Part shown: positions 12,255 through 24,640 of the stretch, in pieces
Position numbering within the stretch: position 1 is the stretch's first letter
Layout: every line of letters begins with the position of its first letter
Source of the DNA: Octopus bimaculoides
Taxonomy: Eukaryota
Assembly: GCF_001194135.2 (NCBI RefSeq)
Contig: NC_068990.1
Span: forward strand, 5,355,143 to 5,419,142
Direction of reading: 5' to 3'
Length of the DNA stretch: 64,000 nt
The notes under the pieces: generated by a model
Told to the model about the DNA's origin: nothing
Seen by the model: the letters and a program-made list of their open reading frames with translations, nothing else
Databases searched by the model: none
Translations under genes and position numbers: made by a program

Positions 12255-12364
12255 TTCTTTCTTTCTTTCTTTCTTCCCTCTCCCTTTTCTTGTAATCTTT
12301 CACACTCTCTGTCCCCATCATCCATACACACATGTATACACACATTCCTACATACATACAAATA

Positions 12365-12412
<48 letters not shown>

Positions 12413-12500
12413 CAGTAACAGCAGCAGCAGCAGTAATGGTAATAGTAGTAGTAGTAGTAGTAACAGCAGCAGCAGCAGCAGTAATAGTAGTGGTGGATGT
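12255..12500. repeat. Compound (CTTT)n and (TAG)n/(CAG)n microsatellites
   Basis: Directly visible. Source of the poly-Y, poly-C and poly-L ORFs. Confidence 0.9.
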
Positions 12501-12819
12501 GTTTTGGGTGGATGTGCCATAAGCAAACAGGTAATGAGAGACATAACCTCCTCCCTAAAATACAGGAGCACAATCTGCTTCAATATACTAAAAAACTATA
12601 ATTTTCCAACTACAAATTTCATATGTGTATACTCTGAGCAGTGTAGGAGACGACTTTTGGACATGTAGCATTTGTTTTTGAAATTTCTAGTCTCATGTGG
12701 ACATAGACTACTCGTACTACTCATTGTGGCCTGATGAGAGTTTGAAACATTTTCTTTTTCTTTAATTTGAAATTAGCTTTTGCCCTTCTGAATAAATAAT
12801 AATAATTCTTTCTTTTATT

Positions 12820-13020
12820 AGCACAAGTCCTAGAATTTTGTGGTAGGTGACTAGTTGGTTGCATCAACTCTAGTGTTCAACTGGTACTGACTTCATCGAC
12901 CTTGAACAGATGAAAGGTAAAGTCAACCTTCATGGAATTTGAACTCAGAATGTAAAACTGGTCGAAATGTCACTCAGTGTTGTGCTTTGGCATGTTCATG
13001 GTTCTGCTTGCTCACTGCCT
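12820..13020 (-). mobile_element. SINE family A, degraded
   Basis: ...gaaaggtaaagtcaaccttcatggaatttgaactcagaatgtaaa... is the reverse of family A. Confidence 0.7.
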
Positions 13021-13806
13021 TAATGATGATGATGATGGTGATGTTGATGATGATCCTTTTGACTAAAGGCACAAGACCTGAAAATTTGGTGGGAGAAAAT
13101 TAGTCGATAACATTGACCCCACTATATTTTCTAAAGTCCAGATGATACATACTTCAGTCAAACAAATGTCCCGATTTTGTGGCACACTGAATATTCTATC
13201 CCCCTCAATTTTCTCTTCCCAAATAAGTGAGAAAGCAGGCAAATTCATCACTTCTACTAGGAGCAATGGAATGTTTGATTGTGAAGGTTTCATTGAGGAA
13301 TCAAACTTTGATGGAACCTAATTGCTGGAGCATGGTGATGAAATTTATGATAGTGATGGTGATGGTACTGTTAGAGTTCACAATAGTAGTGTTGGCTATG
13401 GTAATGCTTCTTTTTTGCTTGCCTCATGTTGCTTCACTTGAGTTGTTGCTGGTGCTGTTAACTGTTGTAGCAGTGATGATGGCCACGTTGATGCTTTCAT
13501 TGTCATTGGATGATTTGCTAGCCTTTTCATTACGATTATTGTTGTTGTTATTTGTGTTAATTGATGCTGCGAGGGTGGTGATATTGTAGGTAATAATGTT
13601 TAACAGATTGCTGTCTTCATTACTTGGTATGTTGTAGACTTTGTTGTTTCTGTTGGTGTATTATTTTGGTGGGGTGGAGAAAAACTTTGAGGTGGGGAAA
13701 AACTTCAAAATTATCTCTCACTTTTCCCTCTAGCAGATTGATTGTCGAAGAACCCCACCATATTTTTACATTCGTGTTGTTTGAAAATAAAAATTTCAGA
13801 ACTTAC

Positions 13807-13854
13807 CTTTGGAAATGTTTGCCCCAGGGGCATGAAACAAAGAAGCTAACAAAC
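13807..13854 (-). CDS. Candidate 48-nt internal exon (phase 1-1) of an unknown gene
   Basis: Acceptor gtgccctacag|G and a perfect donor CAAAG|gtaagt. Reads (G)LLASLFHAPGANISK and joins in frame to 9020-8895. Confidence 0.3.
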
Positions 13855-14755
13855 CTGTAGGGCACTTCACTTAATAACAGGTATATATCAGATATTAACA
13901 AGGAAATTGTCTGTGCATATGCAAACAAAATAAAAATTTATAGGGAGGAAGTGTCTCAGATAAAAAAAAAAACGTATGCATGTACTATGTACCTGTATGC
14001 TCACTGATATTTGTATGCAAGACATTTCAACATTGACAATTTGGAGGTGACAATTTGATGCATGCACACACACAAACACACACATTATATATATATATAT
14101 ATATACATATAGGTTCCCCCATTCACCATTTTGTTTCCTCATAACTTATATTGGAATTAGATTTTTTTAAAGTGTAAAAATATTCCATTTTTCTGGAAGT
14201 TACAAGGAAACAAATTCGGCTGGANNNNNNNNNNTATATTGTGATTTGTGGAAATGCGCAGGGTGATGCAATAAATGTTTATAAATTCCATCCAAGGATT
14301 ATTGTTATTATTATTATTATATTTATCCTACATTATATTGATACAGCTCGATGCAACCCCCAAAAAACTTGTTCACCAGTCAGCATGATTAGACTGGCAT
14401 AATAGAATACAAGCTTTGGTAAATATTTTGTAAAGGACCTGTTTGTACCACGGTGTGAAATAATTTTTTTCCACATGTTTTTTTGAGTGCATTTAATGTA
14501 TCTCACCTCCAAGCCTGCCACAAGCTGCTTTTTTCTGGAAAAGAAAGTGGTGGTGGTGGGGAGCTTGGAGTTTCCACCAACAGACTTTTGTTCCATGTTT
14601 TTTTTCTTTTCCAGGTTATTTTGCATGCTTCCACCAAATGTGACATTGAAATCATGTGTAAATGGCTCCTTTTCCCCAGAAAAAAGAAAGATTTGGGTGC
14701 TATTTCTAGCATGCCCTACTACCACACAACAGCTATTTCATATGTATATATATAT

Positions 14756-14866
14756 ATAAAAGATCTTTTTCGACTTAACAAAATGAATCATTATCTTCTG
14801 CAGTTGTTAAATTGTTAACTGCAGAAGATAGTCGTTTAATTTGTTAAGTCGAAAAAGCTCTTTTAT
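14756..14866. repeat. 111-bp imperfect palindrome (MITE-like)
   Basis: Outer arms ctttttcgacttaacaaa/tttgttaagtcgaaaaag and inner arms tatcttctgcagtt/aactgcagaagata. Confidence 0.8.
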
Positions 14867-14989
14867 TCTATTAACTATCACTTCATTAATCGTATTAGGC
14901 AACTTTAAAATGGTATTTGTTTTACTTTATCTATTTCTTTTTACAATAAACACTTTAGTTTTACAATTTTAGTGCAATCTTTACAAAGT

Positions 14990-15300
14990 TAAAAGCAGAT
15001 GAATTAGCTTTAAGGAGTGAATTTTATTGTGGAAAAGGCGAAATCACATTGCAGTGAACAGATTTTGCTAAAGTTTGGATAGAAAAGTTGAAAATTGAAA
15101 AGAGTTTCGGTGTTGTACGAAAGACAAATGTAACTGGTGCATCTACAGTAATGAAAGTTTATGGGAAAATCTCACTATTTCATTCATTTTTAACCTTGAA
15201 GAGGGCTGTTGCAAAATCGTAGACTAAAAGACTTTAAAAGAAAACAAGACCATCTAAGAGTTGATTAATTGCCCAAAAGAAATTAGATAAAATTTATTGA
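14990..15300 (+). mobile_element. Tc1/Tc3-like transposase N-terminal remnant
   Basis: EKGEITLQ and KLKIEKSFGVVRK fragments resemble the Tc3-type paired HTH start. Heavily decayed. Confidence 0.35.
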
Positions 15301-16929
15301 CATCTTTCGTTTAACAAAATACATGCAAACACACACACACACACACTCACACATACGCACGCATGCACTCACACACACACACATACATATACATATATTT
15401 ACACCCACACACATACTACATAAGAATGCATTGCATTATGGGAGCAATGCATTCGTGATACTTATGTTCCATAAGTACTTTCTATGGACTCTGAGTGGTT
15501 TTTCTCTCCTCCCAGTCACCAGTTATATTATTAATAGTTTTCATTATAATAGACAGCACCAAATATCATTTCTGGAGAAAAATGTTAAAATTAAATGTTT
15601 GTGAGTTTGCTTCAGACATTATTCATACAGCCAACAACAATGACAGTCACACAGGTACTACAACACGGTTATCATGCCTTCCATGGTGATTGAAACTTCT
15701 AAAATATATCACCATTAACCAGCTTGACCTGAGGGAACGTAATCACCATTGCATTTGGAGACATCCAACGTTCATCTTCTTGGCATTTAGTGTGTCTGAC
15801 ACAAGAAGAGGCCAGCGAAAAAGAACCTGGAACAAGAGAAACTCAATTCATCAATCTCATGAAAATCAACCCCACCACCAACATCAGTAAGTTCAAAGGG
15901 ACAGATGTCAAAAGCTAATAACTTTTACCACTGCAGCCCCCACACTTTTAAGCTATGAAATTAATGTGCTGATAGTGTCTGTTTACGGGTTAGGCATATT
16001 TTTTGATCATGTGACATAAAAGTCAAAACTAACTTTTCAATATCAAGGAAAGTCATGATTTCTTTCGAATGCATTATTCCATAACGAATTTTATCCAGAA
16101 CCTTCCCAAGTTTGCAGTAGTAAAGAGTATTTAATCTTTTCATATCCATGTTGTTTCAGTGATTCCAAATAATTTGCGCTTAAATATGGTATCTTCACAT
16201 AGTATTATGGATATCTCCTGTTCCAATAGTTTTAACGCAGATATTTATCCTCCTGCCTTTGTTTCTTCCATTTCTTCTGAACTGGTACCTTTTCCTAAGA
16301 TGACCAAAGACAAAATTCAAGCTCTGACATAGATTTGCACAATTGCAGTTGCCTCAATATTCTGTGCGCTCAAATTCTTGTGGCTGAAGGACTTCGAAAA
16401 ATCATTCATTCAGTCCTCGTAAATTTTGTTGGTATCACTAACATTTTGGTATTAACGCATGCAAATGTATTCAACCATGTTCTTTCAAGTTAGTTGCTCA
16501 AAAGCAGGAAAACGGCAGCTTATTTCTCAGTAAAGCACTTTTGTGATTTTTTGAAAGGAAGAACTTTCACCATTAACCTACGCATTACAATCCAACATGG
16601 ATAAATATTTTCCAAGAGATATTAAGCACCTTGGTTATATTTCATAGTTTACTGTGGATATTCATCATATCAAGGGTACTGAAAATTCTGCTGAAAATGC
16701 ATGATCCCTTTCTCATATCAAAGCTTTGCACTCTGGTCATACATTGAAACATTTTTAACAAAAAAAAAATTCTTTTATAGTTGTTTAAAAAAAAATATCA
16801 GAAAAAGAACCGGGGAACGCTTTGTGTATCTTATGAACTTATTGTTACATGAACTCTATCTCATTATTTATTCCACATTCAAGCATGTTTTTCTTTCTTT
16901 TTCCTCTTTGTTTGTTTTTTACACTTGTG

Positions 16930-17600
16930 TTGGCATACTGTATTGCTATGTAAATTCTCTGTTTTATTATTTCATCCTTTTCACTTTCATCATAAAGAAC
17001 TGGGAGGAAGCACTACATGTGATTCAACATGTCCTTCCTCTCTTTTTTGTGCAAAGAGAATTGGAATGGAAGTCAAGAAAAGATTATTGAAGTGCTACAT
17101 CTGGTCAGTGCTACATCTGGTCAGTGCTACATCTGGTCAGTGCTACATCTGGTCAGTGCTACATCTGGTCAGTGCTACATCTGGTCGGTGCTAAAATATG
17201 GATGTGAGTCTTGGATGATAAGCAAAGTCATGGAGAAGAGACTCAATGCTGCAGAAATGTGGTTTTATAGAAAAATGCTTAGAATCTCGTGGATACAGAG
17301 AGTGTTGAAGAAGATGAAAGTGAAGAGACAGTTGGTGGATACTAACAGAGAGAGAGAGACAATGGAGATTTGTTGGTCATTTTCTCAGAGACGATGATGG
17401 AATGGAGCGTTACATGGTGGAGACTGAGCTGGTGGGAAGGAGAGCCAGAGGAAGGCAGAGAACGAAGATGTTTGACTGGATGGAGAAGAGGATGGATGTG
17501 CAGAGTGAGAAAGATCTGAGTGATGTTGCAAGATACAGAAATAATTGGAGGAGGAACAAGCCATGATTCGTCAATGACATGAATATGCCATGACACAAGG
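16930..17600 (+). mobile_element. RTE-clade LINE 3' remnant
   Basis: IGMEVKKRLLKCYIWSVLKYGCESW..MEKRLNAAEMWFYRKMLRISW..GRRARGRQRTKMFDW is a typical RTE C-terminus. Confidence 0.85.
17092..17187. repeat. 16-bp minisatellite, 6 copies (gtgctacatctggtca), inside the RTE ORF
   Basis: Six copies, identical except for the last base of the final copy. Confidence 0.95.
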
Positions 17601-19589
17601 GAAAAAAAAGTATAGATTTAGGGTGATTTGACTGTTATTTCTTGCAATTGAATCAATTATGTGTTATTAGTGCAAACTAGACATAGACAAATACTGCTGT
17701 TAAGAAGTCGTCATTACAAGGAATTGAAACGCTCTTTGGACTAAAGTTATTTTAAAATTTCCTGACACTGATTTAAAAGAATGCCTTTTTCCAAGAAAAA
17801 CTCCTCATTTGAGCCAGCCTTCATTTAATTTTATCTACTCTCCTCTCTTAAAACTTAATGAACATACCAACATCAGTTTTTAATCACTCTGTTTATATTA
17901 TTTTCTCCATATGTCATCAAGCATAGATTATAATCATATGAAATGTTTTCCCTTAAATCCACCAGAGTTATCACTTTTTCATGGAAACTGAAATGAAATT
18001 TATTCCAAGAACTAATCATCTATGTTATAAAATAATATGGATATCTCAACATAAATTAAGAAACTGCTTTCACATTGTTCACCAAAAGAAGGATTACTGT
18101 AAATAGAATTTTCTGCTAGACTTTATTTCTTTCTTTGTAATTAAAAATCCTTGGAAACTAAATACTCTTTGTGTTGTTCAAATGTTAATTTGAGACATTT
18201 TGACAAAGATTTATGTTCAGTATTGTGTTCTTTTCGACAAACATTATTTTATGAATGTTTTTTGCAGATTAGCTTTAGTTGCAAATATTTTTTTCTTTCT
18301 TTATTACAAAACTTGTCTAAAAATTCAAACATGATTGGAAGATGATTTGGCAGGTTGAGTGATTGGTTTTCTTGCTTGGAGTCTTGTAACCAATTTTTAT
18401 GTGATCATTGGCAGTATCACATTGGAATATTGAGTAAGGAATATTATTTTATTTGCTACAAATTTTCTAATAGAAAATTTTAAAAATTATAAATTTATTA
18501 CAACACAAAGTTAATATATTAAAGTAAGGCACCCCACTCTTATCAGACTTAATAATCCTCCAAAAATGTTAAACTTGGTAGGTTTCATTCAGTAACAGTA
18601 TAAAAGATAATGAAAGGGATAAAATAAATCCCTGATGTTACTGCTGTTGCTGCTAATATAATTGGTGTTGTTGATGTTGCTGCTACTAAAAAGACTTTCA
18701 TCACAAGATGAAGTCAACCACATTAGGTATATGGAAGAGTAATATAAAGACATCATCACAATTTTTATAGGAAAAACAGTCTGCAGAACAGGTGAAAGAA
18801 CTGGAGACTACTCGCATGAATACAATGAAAGGAAACAGACTATTAACATGTCATGGTGAAATGCAATGGATCAATAAACATCGAAGAAAACAAATGCATT
18901 TCTTGTAGCACCTAGAAACTTCTTCATAAACTACATTTAAACTGCTCCACTGCAATTTAAAAATCTTCTCTCTCTTTCTCTCTCCCTGAGAGTTTCCTTG
19001 ACCATAATCCACACCAAAGCAACCTTTCACCTTTGACAATGACTTTTAGGGTAAAAGGTTTGCAAGCAGGATAGAAAGCTGGACATTGTTTCTAAGTGAG
19101 ACAATCTAATCTTTCACTAGATTCCATTTGTTTATAATATCATTTATAATATAGTCTAGGATGAAGAGGGTAATGAGAGAGCAAAGTATTTACCATTATA
19201 TGCTTTATGCTGTATTTTGACGTTAAACATGCCTTAATTGGGAACTGAAACACTCATTCTGCATTGTAGAGTAGCTGTCATCTCTTTCATGTGCTTGTAG
19301 TGTCAAAGGTTTAAGTATACTACAAGGCGCTACAATTTAGTTAATTTCCCCCTTTTCACCTCATCTATAAAGTTATAAAGTTGATGCTGTTGTTGTTGCT
19401 GTTGTTGTTGTCCAGTATCATGTCAGTACTGATTGATGACACTTGTGATCTTGAGCATTTCAATCATAACCATCTTATTAATTATTTAGACCCTGTGTAT
19501 CTTGGACTACATAATCCAATATTTCCATTCTCTTTTTTAATGATGGTTCGGTGTGATTTGAGAGAGAGAGAGAGAGAAGGAGAGAGAGT

Positions 19590-19920
19590 GCTTAGGCTGT
19601 GATGGTGATCCTCACCTTTGTTGTCATCATAATTGTCATTGTCATTGTTGTCATTGCTGCCGTCGTCATCATTGTCATCATTACCTTCACAATCACCAGC
19701 TGTCATCACCATCACCACCAACACCACAACCATCATCCTTATCATCACCAACACAAACATCAATATCACCACCATCATCATCATCATCTTCTTTATCCCC
19801 ATCACACCATCACCAACATCCACATCATCATCAACACCACCACCACTACCGCAGTCATTGCCATCATCATCGTCGTCGTCATTGTTGTCTTCATCATCAT
19901 CATCATCAAAACCACCTAAT
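19590..19920. repeat. Degenerate (CAT/CAC/TGT)n triplet mosaic
   Basis: Source of the poly-H, poly-D and poly-S ORFs. Similar tracts at 34620-35060, 41570-41640, 42195-42260 and 53460-53590. Confidence 0.85.
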
Positions 19921-20919
19921 TCAGATTGTGTTCTTTTTATTTGATGATATTTCTCTATGCCATTCATCAGATTGTAATTTTGTCTTTAATTTCAATGCTT
20001 TTTCCCTTTCCACAGTTTTGTCCAATTATGATGTCGTTACCAAAATTTCCTTATCTCATATCCACTCCTCTTTATCCTCGTGCTACAAATACATAGGTAT
20101 TCAATTCAAGACATTATTTCGTGTGTCACACTGCACTCAACTGCCTCTACACTTACACACACACACACACACACACTTGCGTGCACATACACATACACAC
20201 ACACATACACACACACACACACACAACATTACCATCCTTCATCCTTGTTATATGTCACTAGAAACACTGATACCATTCTTATCATATAAACTGCTATTGA
20301 ACATAAATTATTGCAGAAATTTCTTCGTTCCCAGGTTTTATCCCTGTACTTATTCAATAAATATCTATGCCGATCCAACCTGTTTGACCTCACATTGCAA
20401 ATTTCGTTTTCATAAACTTTATATTGAATTAGAATTGAAGAATGGTATCAGGTGATAAATAACTTTGGAAGTAATCATCATTAGATATTTCAACTGTCTA
20501 TGAGATGTACCGCATAAATTCCGGCAAATTACTGCTGTCATGAAAACCAATGAAACCCTTCTAGCTTTCTACTGCCACCCCACTACTTCCTCCTCTTCGT
20601 AATTTCTAGAGCCGATTTCTGTATATGCATCTCTAATTAGTTCACCAATGGCTATGATAAATATTATAACATTAATTTGTCCTTTTCCACCACTACTACC
20701 ACCATTTTTTGCAACTTGCTGAGTTAACTTCCATGAAATATTTATCTCTGTATAATATTTCTGTATCATATTAAATTAGTAAGTAACGTGGCACAAGTAT
20801 CTGTTTGATCATATGATGATTGCAGTTTAATGTATGCATGTATTTATAAATATATGCATGTGTGTGTCAGTATGTGTACGTGTGCCCACGTATGTATGCC
20901 TGTATGGAACTGTGTGTGC

Positions 20920-20986
<67 letters not shown>

Positions 20987-21269
20987 TTTGCTCTTGTCAG
21001 TTTCAACGTATGAGTGTTTGAAGGAGAGGGCATAGAGTTAATGAGAGTAATAGAAAGTAAAGACATGAAGAAGCTGCATCTATTTCCAATAGATGTGTAA
21101 ATGTAATTTCAGTCCAGACATGGATTTTGCTATGAAGTTGCAATGGAGACATTAATGATTTTGAGTTTGTCTGAGATTGAGCAAGTGTGTCTGTTGATTG
21201 TGGGATATAGTTCTTCTATTGTTCTTTTCTCTGTCAGCTCAAATTGTTTGGATGCATCCCATACATATA

Positions 21270-21590
21270 TCATCATCATCATCATCATTTAATATCTGTT
21301 GTCCATGCTTGCATGGTTTGGATGATTTGATCAGGGCTGGGAAGCTGAGGGGCTGCACCAGACTCCAATCTGATTTGGCATGGCTTTCTCCAACATCGCT
21401 TGACAACCGATGCTGCTGTGTTTACATCCATGTAACTTAGTGGTTCAGCAAAAGAGACCGATAGAATAAGTACTAGGCTTACAAAGAATAAGTCCTGGGG
21501 TCAATTTACTCAACTAAAGCCGGTGCTCCAGCATGGCCGAATTAAAATGACTGAAACAAGTATAAGAGTAAAAGAGTAAAGAGAGTATAG
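21270..21590. mobile_element. Composite of a minus-strand GAT-tailed repeat and the 3' half of a family B SINE
   Basis: catcatcatttaatatctgttgtccatgc... is fused to catcgcttgacaaccgatgctg...tgactgaaacaagt. Confidence 0.7.
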
Positions 21591-21599
21591 GTACATATA

Positions 21600-21695
<96 letters not shown>

Positions 21696-22059
21696 TATAT
21701 TAACAGTAGTGCACTAGCATGACCGCAGCTTTGAAGCTAAAACAATTTAAAGATTTAAAGATACAGATCGATACATACATACATACATACACACATGCAT
21801 ACATATATACATGCACACACCCACACACCCACACATATATTAATGCTTGGGTTATTAAGAGACAAATATGAAACATGTACTCATAAACGTATTCAGTTTC
21901 AATAGGTAATACACTCTACAGTAAGTATCGAGCACTCATTTTTCTTTGTTGATAAAGAACAAGCTATGACATTTGAATGGAAACACACACACACACACAT
22001 ACACAAACACACATATTTATACAAGAAAGGAGCATCAGGTCAGGTTTGTCACTGTTTCA

Positions 22060-22330
22060 GGATACAAACCAATGATACGTTGGTATGACAGAAGAGCCAT
22101 TCAAACGATAGCTTCCATTGAACATCTCTCCTTCCTTTAGTGTTACAGAGATGTCGAATGTGAGGAAACATGCCAACTACAAATTGATGCTGAAAGAAAA
22201 GACTGTAACCTACGGCAGCAACTGACGGAAGATTACTGGAAAGTGCAAACCATATATGAATGGCAGATAAAAATGTGTGGTGTTTGCTGCAGCCAGGAAA
22301 ATACTAATGCTGATGAACTCACTGACACCA
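22060..22330 (+). mobile_element. Penelope-like GIY-YIG endonuclease remnant
   Basis: YVGMTEEPFKR...KITGKCKPYMNGR*KC matches the YIG..E..FK.R and W.I..KC.PY..G...C pattern. Confidence 0.65.
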
Positions 22331-22413
22331 GGTATATATTGAAACATCAATATATGTCAAGCACTACATGTATCTAGGCATATTGAATGCATACAAAAAG
22401 CAATATATGTGAG

Positions 22414-22448
<35 letters not shown>

Positions 22449-22896
22449 CTAATTTAGAGATGAACCACCACTCTGCAACTCAGTCAATGAAGAACCCATC
22501 CAAAACCATGCTGTGAAACATATACCATATAAATACTTATCTAAGATTTAAATCCAAAATTTTAATAATTTTAATAGTATATAATATATCATATAAAGAA
22601 ACATTCATCATAAAAATATAAATTAGTTATATACATATATATTATATATTACGAAACTCGGTGTAATATTATACTGAATTTTACCTGTAAGGTTGGAATA
22701 AGTTCTTATTCCCTAATNNNNNNNNNNGGAGAATTCATGAAAAAACAACAGACAAAGACAGGTGGTGTAAACAACAAATGGATGTATTTATTATATATAT
22801 ATAATATATATATATATTACACATACATAAATGAACACACAGACAGATACACAAATACATGTACATACATTCATGCAGACATACATTTATATATAT

Positions 22897-23238
22897 AATC
22901 AAAATAAGCAACAAGGATATCCAGAGGTAATGCAGTATGATTGTTTCACGCAACTCCATTTAATTGAACAATGTAATCATTACATCAATTTAAAATGCAG
23001 AGCAATCTTCAGCTGCACAAAGACATAGAATTTAATTAAATTAGAACAGATGGTCACTTAGGTATTATTATACTAATGTGTCCATCTGTTCTAATTTAAT
23101 TAAATTCTATATCTTTGTGCAGCTGAAGATTGCTGTGCATTTTAAATTGACGTAATGATTACATTGTTCAATTAAATGAGGTTGCATGAAACGATCGTAC
23201 TACATTACCTCTGGATATCCTTGTTGCTTATTTTGATT
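22897..23238. repeat. 342-bp foldback: 157-bp inverted arms with a 28-bp spacer
   Basis: Arms 22897-23053 and 23082-23238 aligned by hand show 9 mismatches, 8 of them transitions. Confidence 0.95.
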
Positions 23239-24089
23239 TTAATCACCTTACTTAATATTAAAATAAAATTTACTGCGCACTCTACAAAAATAAAGACCAA
23301 GACATAACAAACTTTAACACAAATAACTATTCACACACAAAATTCATTTTGCCACTTATCATGAGAAGATAAAATAGGGCTAGAAGAAAGAAAAGGAAAG
23401 GAATTATGTAGAATAAATAAGATAAATATAGAAGTGGAAAAATTAACAGTTTTTAAGACAGTGATAATTATTGTTACTAGTGTCAACATCGTCGTCGTTG
23501 CCGTCATCTTCCAGGTGGAAATTTTTAGAGTTCAACTGAGTATAGATGTATATTTATAATGAAAAATAAGTTACAGTGCACAAGCTCTGAAATATAAAAA
23601 TGATTCCTGTTAAATGTTTAAACCTGGCAAAGGTAACTGAATGGTTAATTAGAAATAGATAAATAACTGAATAAATGAATAAATGTGGTAGTAGTTTTAA
23701 ATTTAGTAATTATTTTTAGTGCTATCACATTCATCACCCTTATGCTCTACTGAAAATTATTGGATCATCATATCAGAAATATCTGGAATAATTAAATTAA
23801 ATGAAACACACGTTAATGAGCCAACTAAATACTTGACATGTAATTCCTCATCTTGTGAATAACTGTGGTTCCATTATATAAGGAGATAAGGAGAACCTCT
23901 AATAAAATTTAAAATTGAAGTAAAAAGAGGCTTCAAAAATGATATTAAACAAATCAAATCAGAGCTGATTTTCTTCAGTTAATAATACTATATAATGAAT
24001 TAAAGCATTAAGAGCTTAAAATTTTAAAACAGAAGCAAATTGCAATCTCAATTTAGAACTTTTAAGCTTTCTAGAAAGCATATAATCCA

Positions 24090-24410
24090 ATGTTAAACAA
24101 AGCAAAGAATTGTAACTGAAGTTAAATCTGAATGTTGGATGATTGAAACAGTATGATTGTGAATACAAGCTGTCAAAATACAGTTCCTTCAAACAATCTC
24201 TGGAATAATGCTATTCAGCATAGTAGATACCCCATAGATTAGGGCATTTATCCAGATCAAGTAGCCACTTCTCTTCATTGAGAGGTTATAGCAAAGAATT
24301 GCAAAACAGTTTCTTCAAGCAAAGCCAATAAGCAGGAAGCCGTGCGGGTAGACCTAGAATGAAATTGTTGGGATAATATCCATTGTCTCAGTTGGTTATA
24401 TTTGGAAATC
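24090..24410 (+). mobile_element. Degraded RTE-like LINE 3' end
   Basis: Ends in the ...GSRAGRPRMK... motif typical of RTE C-termini. Otherwise decayed. Confidence 0.4.
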
Positions 24411-24640
24411 CAGCTGGAAAGTGTAATGATGGTTGCTTCTGATAGGGTACTATGGTGGAAGGAGGTGACTGAGGACTGTAATTCCCATAACCCATCCAGG
24501 ATGGATGAAAGAATGAAAGAATTTTAAACATTTATACCATAAACCTCCAAGCAAACCAATGATTAAGGTATGTATAAACATATCTTCATGAAAACAAAGG
24601 CATATATATCAGATGACAGTAAGATAAAAGTAACAACAAT

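Noticed and set aside
12731-12748. CTGATGAG-AGTT-TGAAAC hammerhead core downstream of a Penelope endonuclease remnant
   Set aside because: I could not build stems I and III or find a cleavage triplet. At best a collapsed relic.
13227-13700. Mucin-like Ser/Thr/Asn-rich minus frame and hydrophobic 120-aa plus ORF
   Set aside because: Consistent with a decayed triplet mosaic. The Thr-rich frame has five stops and there is no convincing in-frame acceptor.
19482-19967. Poly-Asp and poly-His ORFs (also 34624-35078 and 42041-42328)
   Set aside because: Simple GAT/CAT triplet repeats are open in several frames on both strands.
20415-20769. 66-aa minus ORF that would extend about 50 codons if TAG were edited to TGG
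   Set aside because: No homology, only a weak donor (gtgaac), and such lengths are common by chance. There is no evidence for editing.
22150-22331. Plus-strand exon-like open frame with a good acceptor and donor
   Set aside because: Another frame carries Penelope GIY-YIG motifs, so it is a TE remnant.
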